Source: Gammaproteobacteria bacterium (GTDB taxonomy: Bacteria; Pseudomonadota; Gammaproteobacteria; Eutrophobiales; Eutrophobiaceae). Taken from it: a stretch of DNA of 64,000 bases. Positions 46,637 to 55,943 of this stretch are shown one piece after another. The notes under the pieces are model-generated. The model searched no databases. It was given only the letters and a program-made list of their open reading frames with translations, and was not told the origin of the DNA. The translations under genes and the position numbers were made by a program. The DNA is taken from positions 1,312,001 to 1,376,000 of the forward strand of contig OZ220696.1 in NCBI GenBank assembly GCA_965116495.1, in the 5' to 3' direction. The number at the start of each line of letters is the position of its first letter. The first letter of the stretch is position 1.

Positions 46637-49048
46637 ATGTCATTATCTGAGGTATTGATAACAAATCGCCCGCTGAAGTTTGCGTTGCTGGCACTGGTGG
46701 CCCTGGGCATCCGGGCCGGGGCGGCGGAAACGACGGTTGATCCGGGTGTTGAGGAAATACGGGTTACCGCCACCAGTGAGGCGAGCGGTGAGGCGCCGGC
46801 AGACAGTATGGAAGCCGTGTTCGGGTTCGACAAGGGTTTACTGGAGACGCCTCGTTCGGCCACTGTCATCAGCGCCGAGACCCTGGAACAGTTCGGTGTA
46901 ACGAACCTGGACGATTTCGTCGTCCTCGCACCGGGCAGTTTCACCCAATCCTTCTTCGGCGCGGCCGGTACGCTGGATTTGCGCGGCACGTCCGGTGAAA
47001 CCTATTTCAACGGCGTGCGGCGGCTGGATAATGCGAGCAACTACGTTACCCCCGTTGGCGCTGCCGATCGGGTTGACATCGTGCGCGGGCCGGCCTCCGT
47101 AATCCATGGCCCAAGCAAAATCGGGGGCTATATGAACTTCATTCCCAAGTCGATCCGGGCGGATACCGCTCACTCCCGGAAGCGTCCCACGGGCGCGCTC
47201 TCCCTCACCGGCGGCAGTTGGAGTAAAGCCGCGCTCAGCGCCGAAGTCGGCGGCCCCGGGGCACTGGGTGAACGGGAATTCGGCTACTACCTCTATGGCG
47301 AAGTGGAGGACTCCGGCAGTCACTACCGGCACACCGGCGTGGAGAGCGTCATTTTACAGGGATCGGTTAACATGGACCTGGGTGCGTCCGCCAGCGTCAG
47401 TTTCGGTGGCATGTACCAGGATTATGAGAGCAACGAGGTGGGAGGCTGGAACCGGCTGACCCAGGCGCTGGTTGACGACGGCCTCTACCAGACCGGCCTG
47501 GCAAAGCCCCTGGACGGCGATGGCGACGGGTTCGTTTCCCACCAGGAGTTTGGTGCGGCCAACGGCGGCGACGGCGTGTTTGCATTCGTTGTTGACCCTG
47601 CCGGTGTAGCCGGTCCTGTTGATTTTGCGCCTGACTTTGCCCTGGACCCCTCGACAACAGGCGTGGCGCGGCTGGACTCTAACCAGGTCCTGGTTGATCC
47701 TGACGATACCCTGGAGTCCGACGTCCTGCTGCTTTACCTGGACCTGGTGATGGACCTGAATGACGCGTGGGACCTGACCAACAAGCTTTACTACGAGGGC
47801 TACGATAACCTCATTGAATCCAGCTATGGATTCGCCCGTTTCGCCGATTCCTGGGTCATTGAGAACCAGCTGATCCTGACGTACGCGGCCCGCTTGCGCG
47901 GGGTTGCGCTGCAAGCGCTGTTTTCGCCTTCTGTCCGTTACACGAACTTTGAGCACGCCTCGGATTTTACCAATGAGAACTTTCACCGGCGCGACCTGAC
48001 CCGCTCTAACTCCGCCCGTGACCGGCGCCTGCTGGCGACCCGCATTGACTATGATTACACTGACTACTTCCTGGGCCACTATGCCATCTATGGCCTGACC
48101 GCACTGGCCGATGTCAGCTTTGACAACGGGCTGAGCATCCTGCTCGGCGCGCGCCATGACCACATCGACCTGAACGGCAGGCAACCGGGGGGGAAAACAC
48201 TTAGCGGCGTTGACCTTGACGAGAGCGATACCGAATCGGTCTTTTCCTGGACGGCAAGCGTCTCCTACCGCAGCGCGCCAGGCATTGTTCCCTACGTTAC
48301 CGCATCGGAGCAAACAACCGTGGTGGCAGGGGCGGGCGCCGATATCGATCCGGCCAACATTGCCGCCGGCCAGGCGGTCTCGGGTTCCAGGTTGTTTGAG
48401 GTGGGCGTGAAGGGCTCGTTGCTTGATGAACGGCTGTTCACCCAGCTGGCCTGGTACCGGCAGAAGCGCACGGATTTCAGCGCCCAGTCTATCGTCACCA
48501 ACCAGGCATCGAAAACCGAGGGGTTTGAGTTTGAACTGCGCTGGCTTGCTTTGCCCAGCCTCACCCTCAGCGCGGCCTACACCAATATTAAAGTCATCAA
48601 TCTCAACACAGCCAACGCTGGCGGACGGTTCAGTTTCCTGGGTGCCGGTGACTTGCCGGATACGGACCCGGCCCGTTTCTACGGCGGCACAGTAGGCGGT
48701 TTTGTGACGCTTGCCAATAACCCGAAGGCGCGCCGCGCCGGCTTGCCGGAGAACGTCCTCAGCTTGAGCGCCAGCTACGATTTTCACGACGGGCTGCGCG
48801 TCTTCGGGAGTATTGTTGATGTTGACAGTGTCTATTCCGGCTTTTCCCGCGCCGTCAAGCTGCCGGCCTACACCCTGGTCAATGCCGGCATTGAGGCCCG
48901 CTTGGGCCGGTTCACGCTGGCGTTCAGCGCCAAAAACCTGAGTAATGAACGCTATTTCCGCGCCAATTTCCCGAATCTCTTCGGCAGCAGTATCGTTTTG
49001 CCGGAATTGCCCAGGCACTACCGGGCGAGCCTTCGATACCGGTTCTAG
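46637..49048 (+). CDS. TonB-dependent receptor (island cargo)
   Basis: Signal peptide, ETPRSATVIS, DIVRGPAS, KNLSNERYF, C-terminal YRF. Confidence 0.92.
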   Translation: MSLSEVLITNRPLKFALLALVALGIRAGAAETTVDPGVEEIRVTATSEASGEAPADSMEAVFGFDKGLLETPRSATVISAETLEQFGVTNLDDFVVLAPGSFTQSFFGAAGTLDLRGTSGETYFNGVRRLDNASNYVTPVGAADRVDIVRGPASVIHGPSKIGGYMNFIPKSIRADTAHSRKRPTGALSLTGGSWSKAALSAEVGGPGALGEREFGYYLYGEVEDSGSHYRHTGVESVILQGSVNMDLGASASVSFGGMYQDYESNEVGGWNRLTQALVDDGLYQTGLAKPLDGDGDGFVSHQEFGAANGGDGVFAFVVDPAGVAGPVDFAPDFALDPSTTGVARLDSNQVLVDPDDTLESDVLLLYLDLVMDLNDAWDLTNKLYYEGYDNLIESSYGFARFADSWVIENQLILTYAARLRGVALQALFSPSVRYTNFEHASDFTNENFHRRDLTRSNSARDRRLLATRIDYDYTDYFLGHYAIYGLTALADVSFDNGLSILLGARHDHIDLNGRQPGGKTLSGVDLDESDTESVFSWTASVSYRSAPGIVPYVTASEQTTVVAGAGADIDPANIAAGQAVSGSRLFEVGVKGSLLDERLFTQLAWYRQKRTDFSAQSIVTNQASKTEGFEFELRWLALPSLTLSAAYTNIKVINLNTANAGGRFSFLGAGDLPDTDPARFYGGTVGGFVTLANNPKARRAGLPENVLSLSASYDFHDGLRVFGSIVDVDSVYSGFSRAVKLPAYTLVNAGIEARLGRFTLAFSAKNLSNERYFRANFPNLFGSSIVLPELPRHYRASLRYRF

Positions 49049-49432
49049 CCGTATTTCTCCTGGCCGTTCGGACTAATTGCTGATTCCTGGCATAAAATCC
49101 ATAATTTGTGTCGTTGCTACAACCTTAATTCTGGGAATGCCTGTCACCGACTCATATCGGACTTGGAGCGTACCTCGTGATTACGCCGGCAATGGCCTGA
49201 GCAGTTGATGAAGCATGGCTAAACGGTTGAGCCTCATCCCGTAAATTCAAGACTTCCGGCTTGTGAGGTCAACCAGTGACCTAACGGTTTCTCTTTGTAC
49301 CAACCAGGTTCTATACAAGATAGTTTTTCCGTACATTGGATGAATTAACTGTTTGCAATATGTCAGATAATATAGCTATAATTTATAACACAATTAAAAA
49401 TGGATGACTGTTATAATTACGGTACTGATCAT

Positions 49433-50056
49433 ATGACATCAACGTTATCCGACAAGATTATGAAACGGATCCGCGGCCGTGGCCGCGGCAAGTGGGTCTG
49501 CACGCCCAAGGACTTCCTGGACCTGGGGTCACGGCCCGCCGTGGATCAGGCCCTGTCCAGGCTGGTAAAGCGGGGACACCTGCGCCGCGTCGGTCGAGGC
49601 CTGTATCACCTGCCACGGATGAGCAGGATATTGAAGCGGTACGGGCCACCTTCCCTGGATCAGGCTGTAGATGCCATCGCTCGCCGGGATGGCGTTCGCG
49701 TGATAACAACTGGCCTCGATGCGGCCAACCGGTTGGGATTAACCAATGCAGTGCAGGTCAGCCCCATGTACCTGACGGACGGTGCCAGCCGTAAGGTAAA
49801 GGTTGGAAATCGCACTATTGAGTTCAAACATGCGGGGATAAGGTTAATGCAGTGGCACGGCCGTCATGGCTGTTTGGTCGTCAACGCGCTACTGTGGCTT
49901 GGTCGCAGGATCGTAATGAATCCGGAGAACAAGATAGTTGTCTATCTGCGCGGGCAATTGCCCGATTACGTCAAACAAGATCTCATGGATGGTATTGCAC
50001 TTCTGCCGTCCTGGGCGGTTCCTGTTATCAAGCAACTGCAAGCGGATACGGCATGA
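49433..50056 (+). CDS. DUF6088 / AbiEi-type antitoxin regulator
   Basis: PKDFLDLGSRPAVDQALSRLVKRG..RVGRGLY, AANRLGLTNAV, YLTDGASR. Confidence 0.88.
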   Translation: MTSTLSDKIMKRIRGRGRGKWVCTPKDFLDLGSRPAVDQALSRLVKRGHLRRVGRGLYHLPRMSRILKRYGPPSLDQAVDAIARRDGVRVITTGLDAANRLGLTNAVQVSPMYLTDGASRKVKVGNRTIEFKHAGIRLMQWHGRHGCLVVNALLWLGRRIVMNPENKIVVYLRGQLPDYVKQDLMDGIALLPSWAVPVIKQLQADTA

Positions 50057-50159
50057 GCATCAATCCACACTTTAAGATCTTTCTTGGTTTGTCTGAAGCC
50101 GAACGCCGAATAGCGTGTGAGTCTGCTGCAGACATGTTGAATACATCAGACAAATATAT
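50053..50159 (+). pseudogene. Truncated AbiEii-type nucleotidyltransferase toxin
   Basis: ATGA-coupled to DUF6088; MSINPHFKIFLGLSEAERRIACESAADMLNTSDKYI is cut by the MITE about where the EKD motif is expected. Confidence 0.7.
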
Positions 50160-50277
50160 TGCGGATTCCGGTTCAAAGTGAACACTGATTCCGGTTGAAC
50201 GTGAACACTTTTCGGGTATTTCCGGAATCGGTGTTCACATGCCCGGAATCCGCGTTCACGTTGAACCGGAATCCGCA
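50160..50277. mobile_element. IS21-family-like MITE (118 bp)
   Basis: TG...CA ends, 24-bp IRs tgcggattccggttcaaMgtgaac, internal repeated gattccgg..gtgaac sites; no target duplication. Confidence 0.8.
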
Positions 50278-50331
50278 TCTCGTTCACGGCGCTGGCCAAG
50301 CTGATGGTGGCTGTAGGTCACGACAAGTGAT

Positions 50332-50832
50332 TCAAATAAGCAGAAGTGATTCGATGCGTTGAACGGGAAGCATCAGGGTCATAGGGTCAATATGCGACAC
50401 CCGGAAACCGTATTCGAGGTAAAAACACCTGGCATCTTCTGAAATAGCGTGTACCAGCACCGCCCGAACGCCTGCATTCCGTGCGACAGCCAGTGTGCGT
50501 AACAAGGCATCTTTCAACAAGGCTGCGCCCAGGCCTTGGCCCTGCATTGCATGTTCAACGGCTAAACGACCCAATACCATCACGGGAACCGCTTCCGGCA
50601 TGTTGCGGGCTATCGCCGCCGGAGCGCTGATTCGCTCGACACTCCCGCTGGCAAGCGCATAGAACCCGACCACCCGCTTACCCTCGCTGATAACAAACGT
50701 TCTGCTGGCGCCACTGTCCTGGTTTTTCAGCGCATGCTTTTTAAGCCACTCATTGAGTGCTTCATTACCACAGTCAAACTCGACCAGCAGATGACTGTCA
50801 GTCAGAGGCTCCGGGGCTTTGGCTACTCCCAC
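50332..50832 (-). CDS. GNAT acetyltransferase toxin, copy 2
   Basis: Protein identical to copy 1. Confidence 0.92.
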   Translation of the reverse strand: MGVAKAPEPLTDSHLLVEFDCGNEALNEWLKKHALKNQDSGASRTFVISEGKRVVGFYALASGSVERISAPAAIARNMPEAVPVMVLGRLAVEHAMQGQGLGAALLKDALLRTLAVARNAGVRAVLVHAISEDARCFYLEYGFRVSHIDPMTLMLPVQRIESLLLI

Positions 50833-51086
50833 GGAGCGGGAGAAGTCAACAGGGATTTCAGCTTCTCGTCAGCAGGCGCCGGCGCTTCCAGGGCTGCGGT
50901 AAAGGCAGCAAAAGCAGCAGCATCAAGTTGAAATAGACGTTGATTAAGCAATACGTTTTCTGCTTCCCGACAGGCAACGTCCAGGATAAACGCGCTTCTG
51001 TCCTTGTTAAGCATCGCAGCAGCCTTGGTCAACAGCGCACGCTGACCAGGTTCAACGCGCATGTTAATAGGGGCAGTTTTGGACAT
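50823..51086 (-). CDS. DUF1778 antitoxin, copy 2
   Basis: Protein identical to copy 1. Confidence 0.9.
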   Translation of the reverse strand: MSKTAPINMRVEPGQRALLTKAAAMLNKDRSAFILDVACREAENVLLNQRLFQLDAAAFAAFTAALEAPAPADEKLKSLLTSPAPWE

Positions 51087-51331
51087 AATGATAAATCTCT
51101 TTGGATATCTTGATGCGATACATTTTAGTATAGCTATCAGATATACGCAAATGTTCCGTGATTTCTGACTATCCACGCGGCGATGTACAATCTTATTGAC
51201 CCCCTTAGCGGGACTTCAGAGAAGAAAACCGTATTCCGGTTTTGCATTCCGAATGACAAGGTTCATTTTTTCAGTTATTTTGTCAGTTAAAAGCATGCCT
51301 TGATTTGCTTTCACTTGAAGTGATTTAAAAC

Positions 51332-51556
51332 ATGAATATGAAAATGAAAAATGAGTACACGATTCTCATCGAGAAAGATGAGGATGGTTACTATGTCGGC
51401 AGCATCCCCGCGTTGCCGGGATGTCACTCCCAGGCCAGGTCGGTTGACCAGCTAATGGAGAGGATGGAAGAGGCCATCGCACTGTGGCTTGAGGTCGAGC
51501 AGGAAATTGACCCCAGCCCGCTGGAATGGGTAGGGATACAAAGACTGGCAGTATGA
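51332..51556 (+). CDS. hicB: HicB-family antitoxin
   Basis: YTILIEKDEDGYYVGSIPALPGCHSQARSVDQLMERMEEAIALWLE. Confidence 0.88.
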   Translation: MNMKMKNEYTILIEKDEDGYYVGSIPALPGCHSQARSVDQLMERMEEAIALWLEVEQEIDPSPLEWVGIQRLAV

Positions 51557-51786
51557 GTAAAATGCCCCGTCTCACGGGCGATCAAGTGATCCAGGCTTTG
51601 CGCAAGGAAGGATTTAATATAGCGAGACGCAAAAGCAGCCATGTTATGCTGAAACACCCGGACGGACGGGGTACTGTGGTACCCGTGCATTCCGGTGAAA
51701 CCATTGGTGCGGGGCTCATGTCAAAAATCCAAAAGGATATTGGTGCAGACCGGGAATACTTTATTCGGATACTAACGGTCAGATAA
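51553..51786 (+). CDS. hicA: HicA-family mRNase toxin
   Basis: MPRLTGDQVIQALRKEGF..RKSSHVMLKHPDGRGTVVPVH; ATGA-coupled. Confidence 0.88.
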   Translation: MSKMPRLTGDQVIQALRKEGFNIARRKSSHVMLKHPDGRGTVVPVHSGETIGAGLMSKIQKDIGADREYFIRILTVR

Positions 51787-51901
51787 CCTGTTGACGGCAG
51801 TCCAATTTTATAAGCCATTCGTCCGGCTAACACCGCGAGTACCCACTTGAACCGCCCCGCGAATCCCGGAGACCCGTTAGTTTGAGCGATTCAGTTTTTT
51901 A

Positions 51902-53029
51902 TCAGAGTTTGTCCTTAATTTGCGTCCTTACCCACATTGAGAATTCAGGATCTTCGATAATCCAGCCACCCGACCATCGATCAACGACGCCTGAACCTGT
52001 GAGCCGTCTCAGTGCCGATTGTACTTTGTCAATCGATGGCGGTTCCGCACCCAGTGATTTCCCGATTTCATCGCGTGTTGCTTTGGAAAATGGTTTGTCA
52101 GCTCCCTGTGCAAGTTGGATTACTGTGGCGCGCTGAATGTTTGTCAGCTTTAACCATAGTTCGGTATATCCTAATTTTTCCGCCATCTGCTCATGCAAAA
52201 GAACAAGACCTTCGTCAATCGCCAGGTCAACCCGTAAAGTCAACAATTCAATCAATGCACGGAAAAAATAGGGACTTTTATGCAGCTCGTCGAATGCTTT
52301 TAACGCCTCGTCACGACCTAATTTTTGTTTAGTTGCTCTTTCGAAGGCGTTGAGTTGGTGATCGACAAAACGTTCGTCTAGCGGTTCCAAGTCCAGAGAG
52401 GTTCCGAAATGAAAGAACGGCGCTTCGGCTTCACTGAACATCGCCTTTAATCCTTCACGCGACGAACCGGTAAAAACTGACTTCAATCCAGTGTCCCTTG
52501 TGTCCAGGCTGGTTCGAAGAGAAGCGATAAGGGACCGGTTGTTCTTATCTTTGGCAAGTTCCTGTACCTCGTCAAACAGAAGCAAGGTTGGCTTTTTCCT
52601 GTTTTCCAAACGAGCGAGAAGGTTGTCAAGATACAGGATGAGTTCCGCGGGTGGTTCGCCTTTCAGAGAAGAAAGATCAATTTCTGCTTCCGCCCTGGCC
52701 CCGCCAATCGGCGCTGAGAGTTTCAGCTTTGGTTTCAAGATGGATGTCACACTACCGATGCGTCCCGCTATAGTTTTTGATTTCAGCGCATCCTCAAGGC
52801 TGTACAGGATGAGCGCAAGCGGCGAGAGCGGAGCACGCCAAAAGCTTATATAGACTACCTTGTGCCCCTTGCTTTCCGCATATGGAGTCAAATCCTTGGT
52901 CAGGAATTCGGTTTTCCCGGTACGCCGGGGGGCAAATAAGGTCAGTGCCTTGGCCGGCCCCTCAACAAGTGCGTTACGTGTCCGGGCAGCAAGGTTCTCA
53001 CGGGGGTAATGCCACGTATCATCTTTCAT
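51902..53029 (-). CDS. AAA+/STAND-like ATPase with probable C-terminal winged helix
   Basis: Walker A APRRTGKT, Walker B LLFDEVQ, FTGSS, VQSALRRL..GVV..W.IEDPEF. Confidence 0.8.
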   Translation of the reverse strand: MKDDTWHYPRENLAARTRNALVEGPAKALTLFAPRRTGKTEFLTKDLTPYAESKGHKVVYISFWRAPLSPLALILYSLEDALKSKTIAGRIGSVTSILKPKLKLSAPIGGARAEAEIDLSSLKGEPPAELILYLDNLLARLENRKKPTLLLFDEVQELAKDKNNRSLIASLRTSLDTRDTGLKSVFTGSSREGLKAMFSEAEAPFFHFGTSLDLEPLDERFVDHQLNAFERATKQKLGRDEALKAFDELHKSPYFFRALIELLTLRVDLAIDEGLVLLHEQMAEKLGYTELWLKLTNIQRATVIQLAQGADKPFSKATRDEIGKSLGAEPPSIDKVQSALRRLTGSGVVDRWSGGWIIEDPEFSMWVRTQIKDKL

Positions 53030-53086
53030 ATAGGCATTTATAGCACAGAATTCCTATATAGGAAAGTTCTGCTATAAATGCCTATA
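53029..53086. promoter_or_regulatory. 58-bp near-perfect palindrome, copy 2, abutting the ATPase start codon
   Basis: tataggcatttatagcacagaattcctatataggaaagttctgctataaatgcctata. Confidence 0.8.
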
Positions 53087-53153
53087 AACTGATGATGGTG
53101 GGGGTAATATAAAAATTTCTAAACAGAAGATGGATCAGGTTACGGAGAGGGGG

Positions 53154-53492
53154 TCAGCAGGAATAAATTTCAAGGCAGCTGCTTTCGTGTTCATCATGGA
53201 AGTCACGTATCCTGTCCTGATTATTGATGAGGAGACCAAGCACATACCACTTGGGCCTGTTACCACATTTGAGCCAGATTACTTTGGGCGGTTCGCCATG
53301 TAACAGACTGAGTTCGTGGAAATCCGAGTCCATGGTAACAATCGTATAACCGTTATCCCTGGCAAAACGCCAGATAGTCATATCATCTGCCTGCTCGAGT
53401 CCAAGTAATCTGACTCGCGTTGAACCGTGGTAGACGGACTTGATCTTGTCCAGCAACCGGCACGACAGGTTCTGCTCCAAGAGCAGATTCAA
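53154..53492 (-). CDS. DUF5615 PIN-like toxin (VapC45 type)
   Basis: LLLEQNLS, ADDMTIWRFARDNGYTIVTMDSDF, GEPPKVIWL. Confidence 0.85.
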   Translation of the reverse strand: MNLLLEQNLSCRLLDKIKSVYHGSTRVRLLGLEQADDMTIWRFARDNGYTIVTMDSDFHELSLLHGEPPKVIWLKCGNRPKWYVLGLLINNQDRIRDFHDEHESSCLEIYSC

Positions 53493-53512
53493 GTCGGCGC
53501 TATCGTAGATAA

Positions 53513-53716
53513 CTAGTGCTCGCGGTCGGCGGCAAAGGCAAGACAGGCCCTGATATCATCCCGGGTCAGTTCCGGATAATCGTCCAGAATTTCGGCTTCG
53601 CTCATGCCCGATGCCAACCAATCCAGCACATCATAGACGGTGATCCGCATGGAGCGGATACACGGTTTGCCACCACGCTTACCTGGTTCGATGGTAATGT
53701 AATCTTGATAGTTCAT
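53513..53716 (-). CDS. DUF433 antitoxin
   Basis: ITIEPGKRGGKPCIRSMRITVYDVLDWLASGMSEAEILDDYPELTRDDIRACLAFAA. Confidence 0.9.
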   Translation of the reverse strand: MNYQDYITIEPGKRGGKPCIRSMRITVYDVLDWLASGMSEAEILDDYPELTRDDIRACLAFAADREH

Positions 53717-53932
53717 TATCTGTTCCACCACGTTGGCCAACAGCATGAACCTTATTCAGGATTCCTTACAAGCAATACACAAAATTTGCTTTGTCCCATT
53801 GTATACGGCGCCCGAAAAGGCGCGTGACTGCCAAATCCGTTGTGACAATATGTAACATTCAAAGTCACAACAAAATCACAAATATCGTAATTGACTAACT
53901 ATTTCAGCGACTTACATACTAGGTGCGGATTC

Positions 53933-53976
53933 CTCTGACTCCGCCAGTAGAGGTTCGACTCCTCTGCCCCCAGCCA
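53933..53976 (+). repeat. attR: displaced 3' half of tRNA-Gln
   Basis: ctctgactccgccagtagaggttcgactcctctgcccccagcca. Confidence 0.92.
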
Positions 53977-53989
53977 GTTTGATACCCGG

Positions 53990-54472
53990 TCAGAGGTTCT
54001 CCAGGATACTCTCTGCCGAGCTGACCTTGAATTCCATGGGCGCTTCAACATGAAGTTGGGTGATCACACCGTCCTCCACCACCATGGCGAAACGCTGGCC
54101 CCGGGTGCCCAGGCCGAAGCCGGATCCATCCAGTTCCAGTCCGAGGGCCGCGGTATACGTGCCGTTGCCGTCGGCCAGCATCAGCACCTTGTCACCGGCG
54201 CCGGCGCTACTGCCCCAGGCGTCCATGACGAACATGTCATTGACCGCCATGCAGGCGATGGTATCCACGCCTTTTGCCTTGATGGCGTCAGCCTGGTTAA
54301 CAAAACCAGGCAGGTGTTCTTTTGAGCAGGTGGGAGTAAACGCACCCGGTACGGAAAATACGACGACTTTTTTACCGCTGAACAACTCATCGGTGCTCAC
54401 CGACCCCGGCCCGTCTGCATTGATTACATGGAAGCGCCCGTCTGGGGCTTTATCTCCGGCTTGTACTGTCAC
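53990..54472 (-). CDS. Peroxiredoxin (Prx5 subfamily)
   Basis: VPGAFTPTCSKEHLPGF, VNDMFVMDAW, LADGNG. Confidence 0.93.
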   Translation of the reverse strand: MTVQAGDKAPDGRFHVINADGPGSVSTDELFSGKKVVVFSVPGAFTPTCSKEHLPGFVNQADAIKAKGVDTIACMAVNDMFVMDAWGSSAGAGDKVLMLADGNGTYTAALGLELDGSGFGLGTRGQRFAMVVEDGVITQLHVEAPMEFKVSSAESILENL

Positions 54473-54617
54473 TGTGACCTCCCGTTGAAGTTGTTGGTTA
54501 TAGTGCGGAGAATTATATCAGGGAATAATCTTCCTGCCTGATTTTGTTGACGGAAATTGAAAAATCCAGTAGTTTGCCCCCCTTACTTACAACTATAACT
54601 ACGGGGAGATCAAACTC

Positions 54618-54854
54618 ATGGCAACAACCGAAGAACGTGTAAGACAACTCGTCAGCGATAACCTGGAAGTGGACGGACAACCCCTGGACCTGTCAGAGGA
54701 TCTGAATACCGGGCTCACCGAGCTTGGCGTATCCTCGCTGGATATCGTTGCCTTCGCGAAACTGGTTTCAAAGGAATTCAATATTGCCTTTACCATCGAA
54801 GATTGCGAGACGGTCAACACCATCAGGAAACTGATCGATCACATCGGCGGCTAA
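54618..54854 (+). CDS. Stand-alone acyl carrier protein (SupB-like)
   Basis: 78 aa acidic protein, LTELGVSSLDIVAF; RBS gggag; directly upstream of hydrolase and PKS. Confidence 0.8.
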   Translation: MATTEERVRQLVSDNLEVDGQPLDLSEDLNTGLTELGVSSLDIVAFAKLVSKEFNIAFTIEDCETVNTIRKLIDHIGG

Positions 54855-54988
54855 GCCGGCAGAGTGCCTTCCGGCACTGCGCTGTTGCTGCCGGACAGGC
54901 TGGGAAGATTATTCAGGGGGGAACCGTATAATTCACCGGTTTTCAGCCATATAATGCGGCATTGCCGCTACTCTCACTTATAAACTGA

Positions 54989-55936
54989 ATGACTATGGCT
55001 TCAGAAAACCTGTGGGAGATACCTGAACCCGTTTCAGTTTGTGAAGTTCGTCCGGACGACGACACTGTTATTACCCTGCGGCGACACGGTAATCCGGCAG
55101 GCCCGAGACTGATTCTGAGTCACGGCAACGGTCTCGCAATTGACCTGTATTTTCCCTTCTGGTCGTTGCTCATGGACGATTTCGACCTGATAATCCATGA
55201 CCTGAGAAACCACGGCTGGAATAAAGTCGGGGCCATCACCAGGCATAACGTGCCAACTCTGGTGCGCGACCATAACTGCATTCTCGCGGCAATTGACGAG
55301 ACCTACGGGAAAAAACCGAAAATCGGCGTATATCATTCCGTCTCCTCCCTGGTAACGCTTATGTCGACTTCAATATTGGCGGATCCCGGCAACTCGTCCC
55401 CGGAGAGCGCCTGCGCGGCGCTGGTCCTGTTCGACCCGCCCCTGTGCAAGCCCGGCGTCAGCCAGGCGAAATTTGACGAAGCCACCGAAAAGACCGCGGC
55501 AATGACCCGGCGACGCTCCAGGCGGTTCGAGTCAAGAGAACAGTTTACGGAACTCCTCGAATTTCTGCCGGCATTCAAAAACGTCGTTCCCGGCGTGCGC
55601 GAATTGATGGCGCTCACAACGTTGCAGGACGCCGCCGACGGGGAAGGTTATGAACTTTGCTGCCCGCCCGAGTACGAGGCCCGGATTATAGATTACACCA
55701 GGATTTTCTCTCCACTGATGGACTTTGACGATCTTCACTACCCGACAAAAGCCATCTGCGCGGACCCCACCCTGCCTTACTCTTACCTGCCTACCATAGA
55801 CCTGAGTGATATCCTGAGCGTAGACTATGATTTTCTGCCGGATACGACGCACCTGATGCAACTGGAACAGCCGGAGGAATGTGTCGCGACAATGCGTGAA
55901 TTCATTGAGCAGGATGTGCTCGCTGGGATTCAATAA
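54989..55936 (+). CDS. Alpha/beta hydrolase (SupD-like)
   Basis: LSHGNG, HDLRNHG, elbow GVYHSVS, LFDPP, TTHLMQLEQP. Confidence 0.82.
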   Translation: MTMASENLWEIPEPVSVCEVRPDDDTVITLRRHGNPAGPRLILSHGNGLAIDLYFPFWSLLMDDFDLIIHDLRNHGWNKVGAITRHNVPTLVRDHNCILAAIDETYGKKPKIGVYHSVSSLVTLMSTSILADPGNSSPESACAALVLFDPPLCKPGVSQAKFDEATEKTAAMTRRRSRRFESREQFTELLEFLPAFKNVVPGVRELMALTTLQDAADGEGYELCCPPEYEARIIDYTRIFSPLMDFDDLHYPTKAICADPTLPYSYLPTIDLSDILSVDYDFLPDTTHLMQLEQPEECVATMREFIEQDVLAGIQ

Positions 55937-55943
55937 GTAAGTC

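Larger units (their letters stand above)
50278..51193. repeat. 916-bp direct repeat copy 2
   Basis: Begins at the first base after the MITE. Confidence 0.95.
43844..53976. mobile_element. ~10.1-kb genomic island integrated in tRNA-Gln, no integrase recognised
   Basis: 44-bp direct repeat of the tRNA 3' half (43844-43887 and 53933-53976, 1 mismatch); TA-rich cargo. Confidence 0.9.

Noticed and set aside
49361-49390. AbiEi operator inverted repeat tgtcagataa-tatagctata-atttataaca
   Set aside because: Plausible position, but outer arms match only 6/10; too weak to list
53924-53976. Second tRNA-Gln gene
   Set aside because: No 5' acceptor strand or D-arm; it is the att duplication
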